Shown here: positions 54,528 through 64,000 of the stretch, piece by piece
Layout: each line of letters begins with the position of its first letter
Numbering within the stretch: position 1 is the first letter of the stretch
Assembly (NCBI GenBank): GCA_964395625.1
Contig: CAYNAR010000005.1
Span: forward strand, 6,537 to 70,536
Origin: an uncultured Gammaproteobacteria bacterium
Lineage (GTDB): Bacteria; Patescibacteriota; Patescibacteriia; Patescibacteriales; WJLG01
Direction: 5' to 3'
Length of the DNA stretch: 64,000 nucleotides
Made by a program: the position numbers and the translations under genes
The notes under the pieces: model-generated
Database searches by the model: none
What the model was told of the DNA's origin: nothing
Seen by the model: only the letters and a program-made list of their open reading frames with translations

Positions 54528-56107
54528 AAATAAAAAATACATGCCAAGCAAATCTGTTTAATGAGGATTATATCCTCCCAATGATTTTGATAGTTTTGGA
54601 TGGATGGGGGATTGCTAAGCCTAGTCGAGGGAATGCCATAACCATAGCTAAAACTCCAACAATAGACTCCCTTATTAAAAAGTATCCCTTCACTAAATTA
54701 TTCGCCCACGGCAAATATGTCGGTTTACCGGTTAAACAAGTTGGTAATAGTGAGGCTGGGCATATGAATATGGGTGCTGGCAGGGTAGTCGAACAGGATG
54801 CTGTAAGGATCAATGATAGTATTGTCAACGGAACTTTCTTTAAAAATCCAGCCTTTAAAGAGGCTATTAATCATGCCCATAAAAACCATTCCAGATTACA
54901 TTTAATGGGAATGCTTTCTGATGACATGAGTCCTCACAGTGACATGAGCCATCTCGTGGCACTTATCAAGATGGCTAAGGACAATGGATTGATAAATAAT
55001 CTATATCTGCACTTATTCACCGATGGTCGTGATTCTCCGCAGCACGAGGCTTTGCGCTTGATAATGGAGTTGCGTCGCAGGTCAAAAGATAAAGTACCGA
55101 TTTCCACTATAATGGGTCGTTTTTATGCCATGGACAGAAAGAAGTCTTGGGGCAGAACCAATGATGCTTATAATGCGATAGTTATGGGAAAGGGGTTGCA
55201 AGCAGACGATGCGGCTCAAGCCATAGTCGAAAGTTATAACAGGAATGAAACTGATGAGTATATAAAACCATATGTCATAGATAAGAAAGGAGTGATAAGC
55301 GACAATGATTCCGTAATTTTCTTTAATTTAAGATCTGACAGGGCTCGTCAACTTGCTAAAATATTCGTTCAGAAAGACTTTAACAAAAAAAATCCAGGGT
55401 CTCTTCCTAGGGCAAGATTGGTTAAAAATCTTTGTTTTGTTTCAATGACTGATTTTGGTCCTAATCTTGAAGAGATACATAAGGCGTATCAATCCGATGA
55501 CTTGACTAGCACTCTTCCAATAGCTTTAGGAGGGTATTCCCAGGCTTATATGGCGGAGTCGGAAAAATTCGCTCATGTGACTTATTTTTTTAATGGAGGA
55601 TATCCTGGTCGCATAGGAGGAGAAGAGCAATATGTCATTCCATCTCCGAATGTGAATTCTTATGACAAGACGCCAGGAATGAAGTCTGTCGCCTTAACGA
55701 AGAAAGTTTTGGAAAATTTAAAAAATAGCAAATTTGATTTTACTCTGTTGAATTTTGCTGCCTCGGATATGGTTGCTCATACTGGTAACCTTAGAGCTGG
55801 TGTTAAGTGTTGTGAAATACTGGATGATTGTATTAAAAAGATAACCGACGCTTATTTAAAGAATGATGGTACTGTTATAATAACGGCTGATCATGGAAAT
55901 ATAGAAGAGATGATCAATCTTGAGACTGGAGAGGTTGACACGGAACACTCGACTAATCAGGTGCCATTCATTCTTGTTAACAAGAGCCTGAAAGGGATTA
56001 AAATAAATAATGGCGGTGCCTTGTGCGATATAGCGCCTACCATTCTTGACTTATTGAATCGAAAAAAACCCAAAGAAATGACCGGAAAAAGTTTAATAAA
56101 AAAATGA
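54524..56107 (+). CDS. gpmI: 2,3-bisphosphoglycerate-independent phosphoglycerate mutase
   Basis: 'LIVLDGWGIA', 'GNSEAGHMNMGAGRV' (catalytic Ser) and 'TADHGN' are diagnostic. Overlaps eno by 4 nt. Confidence 0.95.
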   Translation: MKIKNTCQANLFNEDYILPMILIVLDGWGIAKPSRGNAITIAKTPTIDSLIKKYPFTKLFAHGKYVGLPVKQVGNSEAGHMNMGAGRVVEQDAVRINDSIVNGTFFKNPAFKEAINHAHKNHSRLHLMGMLSDDMSPHSDMSHLVALIKMAKDNGLINNLYLHLFTDGRDSPQHEALRLIMELRRRSKDKVPISTIMGRFYAMDRKKSWGRTNDAYNAIVMGKGLQADDAAQAIVESYNRNETDEYIKPYVIDKKGVISDNDSVIFFNLRSDRARQLAKIFVQKDFNKKNPGSLPRARLVKNLCFVSMTDFGPNLEEIHKAYQSDDLTSTLPIALGGYSQAYMAESEKFAHVTYFFNGGYPGRIGGEEQYVIPSPNVNSYDKTPGMKSVALTKKVLENLKNSKFDFTLLNFAASDMVAHTGNLRAGVKCCEILDDCIKKITDAYLKNDGTVIITADHGNIEEMINLETGEVDTEHSTNQVPFILVNKSLKGIKINNGGALCDIAPTILDLLNRKKPKEMTGKSLIKK

Positions 56108-56970
56108 AAAGAGAATCTTATAAAAAAAACGAGCAACTAGTGGTTTTGGTTTTGGATGGCTTTGGAATAGCTCCTGATGGCGAAGGGAACGCATTATCCA
56201 AAGCGGTTATGACCAACTGGAAGAGAGTTGTCTCGAAATATCCTTCAGCCTCGTTGGAATCTTTGTATAGAGTGAATAAAAATATTAGTCAATCGGAAGT
56301 TTATTCGATTTTTGGTGGTAATTTTATGATTGACGATGCGGAAAGGGGGTCTTTGTGTAAGATTCTATCGGAACAGAACACCCCGGTCTCCATTATGGCT
56401 GAACCGGATAGATTGCCTTTGTCCGGCTTCTTCTATAATAACGGAGGTGATTTTCCGGAGTCTATTGTATTTTCTCCGCAAAGCGAAGAAGGTGCTAAAA
56501 TTGATTGTCTACCACTTAGAGTGATATTTAAAGAGTTAATAGGAAGAATAAAAAATAGGGAACGCGGTTTAAAGATTGTTTTTAGTTCTGTGATAGAGAT
56601 GGCCGCCAGAAAAGGCGACATGGGTCTAACTATTTTAATTCTCGAGGAAATGGATAGAATGATTAAATCCGTTATCGATGCGGTTTTGAGTGTTGATGGT
56701 CATGTTATAATTATGGCCACAAACGGTCAGGCCGAAGAGGTTATCGATATGAAGACTGAAAAGGCGAACAAGGAAATATCAAGAAATAAAACACCTTTTG
56801 TTCTGGTGGGAAACGATTTAGAAGGAAAGACAATGGGTTTCCCTGAGGCTTTGAGCGGTGATTTATCGGTGTGCGATAGTGTTGGGACTGTGGCAAATAT
56901 TCCTTCTACTATCTTGTCTTTTTTTGGTATAGATTCTGCTATCTATTACGACAAAAAAAGTTTATTGTAG
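56104..56970 (+). CDS. Truncated or degenerate iPGM-like paralog (288 aa), probable pseudoenzyme or phosphatase-domain-only protein
   Basis: N-terminal 'VVLVLDGFGIAPDGEGNAL' parallels the iPGM N-terminus. The catalytic segment is degenerate ('SQSEVYSIFGGN' vs GNSEVGHxNxGAGR). It is about half iPGM length and overlaps the gpmI stop (ATGA). Confidence 0.55.
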   Translation: MKRESYKKNEQLVVLVLDGFGIAPDGEGNALSKAVMTNWKRVVSKYPSASLESLYRVNKNISQSEVYSIFGGNFMIDDAERGSLCKILSEQNTPVSIMAEPDRLPLSGFFYNNGGDFPESIVFSPQSEEGAKIDCLPLRVIFKELIGRIKNRERGLKIVFSSVIEMAARKGDMGLTILILEEMDRMIKSVIDAVLSVDGHVIIMATNGQAEEVIDMKTEKANKEISRNKTPFVLVGNDLEGKTMGFPEALSGDLSVCDSVGTVANIPSTILSFFGIDSAIYYDKKSLL

Positions 56971-56993
56971 GGTGTTCGATTTATATCTATTTT

Positions 56994-57030
56994 AAAAAAC
57001 ACCCCCTCTTTTAGGAGGGGGTGTTTTTTA
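56994..57030. terminator. Bidirectional terminator between the gpmI-like gene (+) and the PAP2 gene (-)
   Basis: AAAAAA-CACCCCCUC-UUUUAG-GAGGGGGUG-UUUUUU, a perfect 9-bp GC-rich stem. Confidence 0.65.
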
Positions 57031-57456
57031 AAATATGAAGCTTCCGATTATACTCACACAAAGACCTATGAATGATCCGGCCAGAACTTGCATCGGTGTG
57101 TGTCCCACTTGTTCCAATAGTCGTGGGTAGTGGCTGTCCAAGACCTCGTCATCTCTTAGGTCTTTAACCAAGATGTTTAGTGTTTTTCCGTGCTGACCGA
57201 GGTAGCGTCGTAGGCCAACGGCGTCACGTATTACCACCACGGCGAAGACGAACGATAGCGCGAATATCGGAGAGTATAAGCCGTCTTTTATTCCTATTAT
57301 GGTTACCAGAGAAACCACTAAGGCGCTGTGGCCGGAAGGCATTCCTGAATAGGCCAATAGATTTTTAATGTCTATCTTACGATGATTTGATTTTATGAAA
57401 CATTTCATCGTTTGAGCAATCAGCGCCGATAAGATGGGTAAAACCAAGTAGGCCAT
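57028..57456 (-). CDS. Divergent PAP2 family membrane protein (YuiD/DUF212-like)
   Basis: 'AYSGMPSGHSALVVSL' (PAP2 SGH motif) in a ~140-aa 3-4 TM protein. Confidence 0.7.
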   Translation of the reverse strand: MAYLVLPILSALIAQTMKCFIKSNHRKIDIKNLLAYSGMPSGHSALVVSLVTIIGIKDGLYSPIFALSFVFAVVVIRDAVGLRRYLGQHGKTLNILVKDLRDDEVLDSHYPRLLEQVGHTPMQVLAGSFIGLCVSIIGSFIF

Positions 57457-57462
57457 ATTTTT

Positions 57463-59499
<2,037 letters not shown>

Positions 59500-59649
59500 C
59501 TATTATTAGGTAATAATAAATAAACAACCCGCTATCTATTAATAATGGGCGAAAAAGCTGTCAATATTCATATTTTATCAAAAAAACCTTGTAAAGACAA
59601 GTATTTTGACGAGCTTGATTTATAGCTTAAAAAACAGTAAAATATAATT

Positions 59650-60594
59650 ATGATATATAACGAAGACAATAAAAAAGAAGATTCCATGGAAGGTGTTGTT
59701 ACGGGTCCCGATATTAAAAGATACGAGACTGATGTGTCCGGCGTCTCTTTGAATAATTTGAAGATAGGCTTGTGGCTAGCTAAGAGAAAGGGGATTTTTA
59801 AGAATTCGGTCTTGATTTTATTCGGTGCGGTCGCAGTGTCTTTGGCTGTTTATGGTTTGTTTGGCATCGGCTATTATTATTTAAAGGGTGCCGTCGACGA
59901 CAAAAAGATGGTAGCCGAAATGGTTTCTATAAAAACAGTGCCACAAGAGTTTCTTTTAGAGAGGGCCGCTAAGAATTTAGCTATTTCTTCGTTATCCGTA
60001 ATCGACAATAAGGGTTCTTACGATCTTTATGTGGAGTTAAAAAATCAAAATCTTAAACACTGGGGAATTGTCGACTATTGTTTTAAGTCGGGTGAAAAAG
60101 AGCTAGAGTGTGGGAAAGGTTTTATTTTACCCAACGAAAAAAAATACTTTACCGCGCTTGAGTTAAAGTCGGAAGATCGTTTGGTTAATCCAAAATTTAT
60201 CGTTAACGACGTTGTCTGGAAGAAGCTTGACCCGCATAAAATATTCAATTGGGAGGCCTTTAAAAGTGAAAGACTGAAGATAAAAATCGAAGATATAACC
60301 TTTAATGCCGGGGCTTCTAGTGAATTATCCGAAAAAATCAACATCAATCAGCTGTCTTTTTCTATAAAAAATCAAAGCGCTTATGGTTTTTGGGAGGCAC
60401 CGCTCGAGATAATACTCTACAGAAATGATAGGATAGCTGGTATTAGTCGGTATGTTCTGAAGGAATTTTCTTCTTATGATGAGAGGAAAATAGACATGTC
60501 TTTAGTCGGCGAGTTCTCCGGTGTCAACAAAATAAGCATATTGCCTTATATAAATATCATGGACGATAATAATTATTTGAAACCTGGGAGGTAG
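59650..60594 (+). CDS. Hypothetical membrane-anchored protein
   Basis: Single TM (VLILFGAVAVSLAVYGLFGIGYYY) followed by a ~230-aa extracytoplasmic domain with no recognised motif. Confidence 0.5.
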   Translation: MIYNEDNKKEDSMEGVVTGPDIKRYETDVSGVSLNNLKIGLWLAKRKGIFKNSVLILFGAVAVSLAVYGLFGIGYYYLKGAVDDKKMVAEMVSIKTVPQEFLLERAAKNLAISSLSVIDNKGSYDLYVELKNQNLKHWGIVDYCFKSGEKELECGKGFILPNEKKYFTALELKSEDRLVNPKFIVNDVVWKKLDPHKIFNWEAFKSERLKIKIEDITFNAGASSELSEKININQLSFSIKNQSAYGFWEAPLEIILYRNDRIAGISRYVLKEFSSYDERKIDMSLVGEFSGVNKISILPYINIMDDNNYLKPGR

Positions 60595-60606
60595 GAAAGC
60601 AAATAG

Positions 60607-61710
60607 ATGGGTAAGATATTTTTTCGTTTAAAGAATTTAGACTGGGTGATGTTCTCTTCCGCCTTATTATTGGCTTGTTTTGGTTTGACGGAGATATATA
60701 GTATAGCCTTAGGGCAAGGAACGACGGATTTGCTTAATTTTAAAAAGCAGATTTTTTTTGTTTTGGCCGGTTTGGTGGTTTTTTTTGTTTTTGTTTTGAT
60801 GGATTATGAATTTTTAAAGAATTCAGTTAAGTATTTTTACGCACTGACCTTTATAGCTCTGATCGTTGTTATTTTTATAGGCAGTGGTATTCGTGGCACG
60901 AGAGGTTGGTTTTCTTTAGGGTTTTTTAATTTACAACCCGTTGAATTTGCTAAGATAGCCTTAATATTGGCTTTATCTTATTTTTTATCTAGTAGAGCTG
61001 TTAAAATAAGATCCTTTAAACAATTAATAGTGTCATTTTTTATAACGATAGCATTGGCTGTTCCGACTTTTTTGCAGCCGGATTTTGGTTCGGCGTCTCT
61101 GTTGATGATGACCTGGGTCGCTCTTTTGATTTTTTCCGGTTTTAACAAGAAATTTTTCATTGTGATAAGCACTATTGTTTTTGTGGTGGCAGGTAGTCTC
61201 TGGTTGTTTTATTTCAAAGATTATCAAAAGGAGAGAGTTAGGACTTTTCTTAACCCATCGGCAAATACCTTGTCTTCCGGGTATAATGTTAATCAGGCTT
61301 TGATAGCGGTTGGTTCTGGTGGGGTTTGGGGTAGAGGAGTCGGTTTTGGCTCGCAATCTCAGTTGAAGTTTCTTCCTGAGGCGCATACAGATTTTATTTT
61401 TGCCGTTATTAGTGAGGAGTTCGGCTTTTTGGGTGGACTCATGATATTCTTGGCTTACGCCACTATTTTTTACCGCTCATTGTCAAGTATTGCTAAAATT
61501 AGCAATGATTTTGGTATTTTTATAGTTTTAGGTAGTATGGGCTTGATTTTTATTGAAATGTTTATTAATATTAGTATGAATATCGGGATTATGCCCGTGG
61601 TTGGTATTGCACTACCTTTTGTCAGTTATGGTGGTAGTTCGATGCTGGCAAGTTTTGCCTTGCTAGGAATCGTCGAAAATATTATAATAAAAGCAAAGAC
61701 TAATTTTTAA
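60607..61710 (+). CDS. FtsW/RodA/SpoVE (SEDS) family peptidoglycan glycosyltransferase
   Basis: 10 TM helices. 'GSGGVWGRGVGFGSQSQLKFLPEAHTDFIFAVISEEFGF' is the conserved SEDS periplasmic loop. Confidence 0.9.
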   Translation: MGKIFFRLKNLDWVMFSSALLLACFGLTEIYSIALGQGTTDLLNFKKQIFFVLAGLVVFFVFVLMDYEFLKNSVKYFYALTFIALIVVIFIGSGIRGTRGWFSLGFFNLQPVEFAKIALILALSYFLSSRAVKIRSFKQLIVSFFITIALAVPTFLQPDFGSASLLMMTWVALLIFSGFNKKFFIVISTIVFVVAGSLWLFYFKDYQKERVRTFLNPSANTLSSGYNVNQALIAVGSGGVWGRGVGFGSQSQLKFLPEAHTDFIFAVISEEFGFLGGLMIFLAYATIFYRSLSSIAKISNDFGIFIVLGSMGLIFIEMFINISMNIGIMPVVGIALPFVSYGGSSMLASFALLGIVENIIIKAKTNF

Positions 61711-61778
61711 TGAAATCTGAAAACGGGTAAAAACGGCCATCTTGGCCTTTTCTTTTTTCAATTTCCAACTTAAATAAT

Positions 61779-62423
61779 ATGACAATGAGTTTAAAACTGG
61801 AATCTTTATCCAGAAAAGGTGATGAAAACACCAAGGAAATGGTTAGTAGCGGCTTTATTCCGGCCATCGTCTACGGACCTCATCTTAAAGCTAATAAGCT
61901 TGTAAAAATCAAGGCTAGCCTTTTGGCTAAAACCTTCGCCGCCGCCGGTGAATCGACATTGATCGATTTGTCTATTGATGGCAAAGAAGAAGGAAAAGTT
62001 TTGTTTAAGGAAGATCAGCGCGATATCCTTAGCAACAACATAATCCACGTCGATCTCTATGAAGTTGATATGAATAAGGAAATTTATGCCAACATCTCTT
62101 TGAATTTTGTGGGAATTCCTTCTGCAGTGGACACAGAAGGCGGTGTTTTGGTTAAGAATATAAACGAAATAGAAGTTAAGTGTTTGCCTGGCGCATTGAC
62201 TGGCGATATCGATGTCGACTTGTCCGTCTTAGCTCACATCCATGATGTCATCAAGATGAAGGATTTGAAATTGCCAAAAGGAATGAGACTTACTTCCGAA
62301 ACCGATGACGTCGTCGCCACTGTCACTGAGCTCAAGATTGAAAAACAGGAGCCGGTCGCCCCTGCTGCTGACGCCACCGCCGTCCCAGCCCAGAATCAGC
62401 CAGTTGCTGATAAAAAGGAGTAA
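61779..62423 (+). CDS. rplY: 50S ribosomal protein L25 (Ctc form)
   Basis: 'RKGDENTKEMVSSGFIPAIVYG' is a bL25 N-terminal signature. 214 aa with C-terminal extension as in the Ctc/general stress form. Confidence 0.8.
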   Translation: MTMSLKLESLSRKGDENTKEMVSSGFIPAIVYGPHLKANKLVKIKASLLAKTFAAAGESTLIDLSIDGKEEGKVLFKEDQRDILSNNIIHVDLYEVDMNKEIYANISLNFVGIPSAVDTEGGVLVKNINEIEVKCLPGALTGDIDVDLSVLAHIHDVIKMKDLKLPKGMRLTSETDDVVATVTELKIEKQEPVAPAADATAVPAQNQPVADKKE

Positions 62424-62451
62424 TTAGAATCTTCTAAATATAACAAGGGGA

Positions 62452-63570
62452 ATGTTGTCTAGCTTTAATGTTGTTTTGAAAAAAATAACAAAAAAAATCG
62501 CTGATAATAAAATAAAAATATGGAAAGCCATAATGGTGTTTTCCATATTTTTATTTTTAGCCGTCTCTGTCTTGTTTGCTGTATCTGTTTCGAATAAAAA
62601 AAAGACGGTGGCTGAAAAAAGCGATAATATAGTCGAAGAAGTCGCTGTAAAAGACGAGAGTGTTTGTTCTGAGTGTGTGAGGGGTTTATTGGATGGTTTA
62701 TGGAGAAAAGAGGAGTCCTTGGAAAAACCATTGGTTGCCATTATGATAGATAATCACCCGTCGGCACGTCCTCAATTCGGTTTTGAAATGGCCGATCTCG
62801 TCTACGAGGCCGAGGTCGAGGGCAATTATACCAGATTCATGGCGGTGTATAATCTCAATCATGCTCAGGACCTAGAGAAAGTTGGGCCGGTTAGGAGCGC
62901 TAGGAGCTATTTTCTGGATTGGGCAATGGAGTTGGGTGCTATTTACGGTCATTGCGGAGGTAGTCCAGAGGCTTTGGCTGAGATAGCTGATAGTGATATA
63001 GTGGATTTGAATGAGTTTTATAATGGCAAAAATTTTTGGCGCGATAAAGAGCGCGAGGCTCCGCATAACGTAATGACTTCTTGGGATAAGCTGAATGATT
63101 TTTCTACTTCTAAGAATATTATCATGACAAAGGATTTACGGGTTTGGTCTTTTAAAGAAGATGCCGATTATCAGGATAGGGGAGATGATGGTAAAAATAT
63201 AGCCATAGGATACAGTCATCCCTATTTCGATGTTTCTTGGGTTTTTGTCAGGGAGGATAACGCTTATGTGCGTTTTTTTGATGGAGAGCCGCAACTCACT
63301 GGCAATGGTAATAAGATAATCGCTAAAAATATAATAATTCAAACAATCTCCGCTGATGTCGTCGATGAAAAATTAAGATTAGACATGGATACTGTAGGTG
63401 ATGGTAAGGCGATTTTTTGTCTTGATGGAAAGTGTGAAGAAGGGGAATGGAAGAAGAGTTCCATCGAATCGAGAACCGAATTCTATAAAAAAGACGGCAG
63501 TGCGCCGTCTTTCAATGCTGGGCAGACTTGGTTGCAAATCGTCAGGCCGGAGGTTGTAGTGGAATATTAG
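62452..63570 (+). CDS. DUF3048 (YerB-like) domain protein, membrane-anchored
   Basis: TM anchor then 'PLVAIMIDNHPSARPQFGFEMADLVYEAEVEGNYTRFMAVYN', matching what I recall of the DUF3048 N-terminal core. Confidence 0.55.
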   Translation: MLSSFNVVLKKITKKIADNKIKIWKAIMVFSIFLFLAVSVLFAVSVSNKKKTVAEKSDNIVEEVAVKDESVCSECVRGLLDGLWRKEESLEKPLVAIMIDNHPSARPQFGFEMADLVYEAEVEGNYTRFMAVYNLNHAQDLEKVGPVRSARSYFLDWAMELGAIYGHCGGSPEALAEIADSDIVDLNEFYNGKNFWRDKEREAPHNVMTSWDKLNDFSTSKNIIMTKDLRVWSFKEDADYQDRGDDGKNIAIGYSHPYFDVSWVFVREDNAYVRFFDGEPQLTGNGNKIIAKNIIIQTISADVVDEKLRLDMDTVGDGKAIFCLDGKCEEGEWKKSSIESRTEFYKKDGSAPSFNAGQTWLQIVRPEVVVEY

Positions 63571-64000
63571 TTCAATCGCAAAATAGCTAAACGATCCTGA
63601 CTATTGAGATCGTTTTTTGTTTCCAAGACAGCTTCGGGGAGAACCTTTTTTGATAATAAAGAAAAGGTCTCTTTTTGAGTGTCGTCTATTTCACAGAATA
63701 GAAGGATTTTATTTTTTGCTTGAGCCTTTTTTTTCTTTAATTGCTCGAACAAGTGGCAATAATGATCCAGGCCTTCGGCGCCACTTTCAAGGGCGATTTT
63801 CGGCTCTTTCTGTATGGATGGGGATTCTTCGACTTGCCTTGGTGTCAGATATGGAAGGTTTGCCGTTATAAATATCGCCCCAGTTGTTTTATGGAGGTTT
63901 TTCTTTGACAATAAATCGCTGTATAAAAATTTTATACAGTTTTCTACTTCATGTTTTTTGGCATTCTTTTTTGCGATTGTCAGGGCTTTCTTGGATATAT
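63567..64000 (-). CDS. prmC: Release-factor glutamine N5-methyltransferase (PrmC/HemK family), C-terminal part; N-terminus lies beyond the window
   Basis: 'IFITANLPYL' (variant of the NPPY motif) and 'EPKIALESGAEGLDHY' (EP..AL.GG.DGL). The reading frame stays open upstream of the track's 63911 start through to the window edge (checked by hand). Confidence 0.6.
   Translation of the reverse strand, partial: ISKKALTIAKKNAKKHEVENCIKFLYSDLLSKKNLHKTTGAIFITANLPYLTPRQVEESPSIQKEPKIALESGAEGLDHYCHLFEQLKKKKAQAKNKILLFCEIDDTQKETFSLLSKKVLPEAVLETKNDLNSQDRLAILRLN

Overview
This 64 kb window is compact (~40% GC), gene-dense bacterial chromosome with mostly plus-strand genes, tiny or overlapping intergenic spacers and weak Shine-Dalgarno use. 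In my judgement this fits a Patescibacteria/CPR-like small-genome organism; that is inference, not shown directly. Housekeeping genes recognised from the ORF translations: dnaX, rlmH, tgt (zinc-site-less), mnmA, rpsB-tsf, clpB (minus strand, perfect CIRCE operator upstream), gltX, asnS, pgk-eno-gpmI, gyrB (minus strand), an FtsW/RodA SEDS protein, rplY and a prmC fragment at the 3' edge. RNA genes read directly from the sequence: a tRNA-Gln(CUG) at 7573..7644 and a bacterial RNase P RNA at 24731..25129 (the latter has no ORF-track entry other than two spurious antisense ORFs). Accessory content is dominated by cell-envelope and glycosylation genes. The most unusual system is a four-gene surface cluster at 14098..23436: DUF4012-like membrane protein, DUF11-repeat membrane protein, 1375-aa Cys-rich giant secreted protein with PA14-like, pseudopilin-like, Myxococcus-type cysteine-rich repeats and a vWA/MIDAS domain, and a small Cys-rich membrane-anchored protein. 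It is embedded among glycosyltransferases and a priming sugar transferase, consistent with a host-attachment or surface-layer apparatus. Other novelties: a membrane-anchored DnaJ-zinc-finger Clp/Hsp100-type AAA+ ATPase, a WecB/TagA-NUDIX fusion, a VanZ-QueH fusion plus zinc-less TGT, a degenerate iPGM-like paralog after gpmI, an ankyrin-repeat protein beside the tRNA, and extremely acidic (DNA-mimic-like) small proteins. No CRISPR array, transposase or reverse transcriptase was seen. The 5' edge carries the C-terminal part of a TraD/VirD4-like coupling ATPase.
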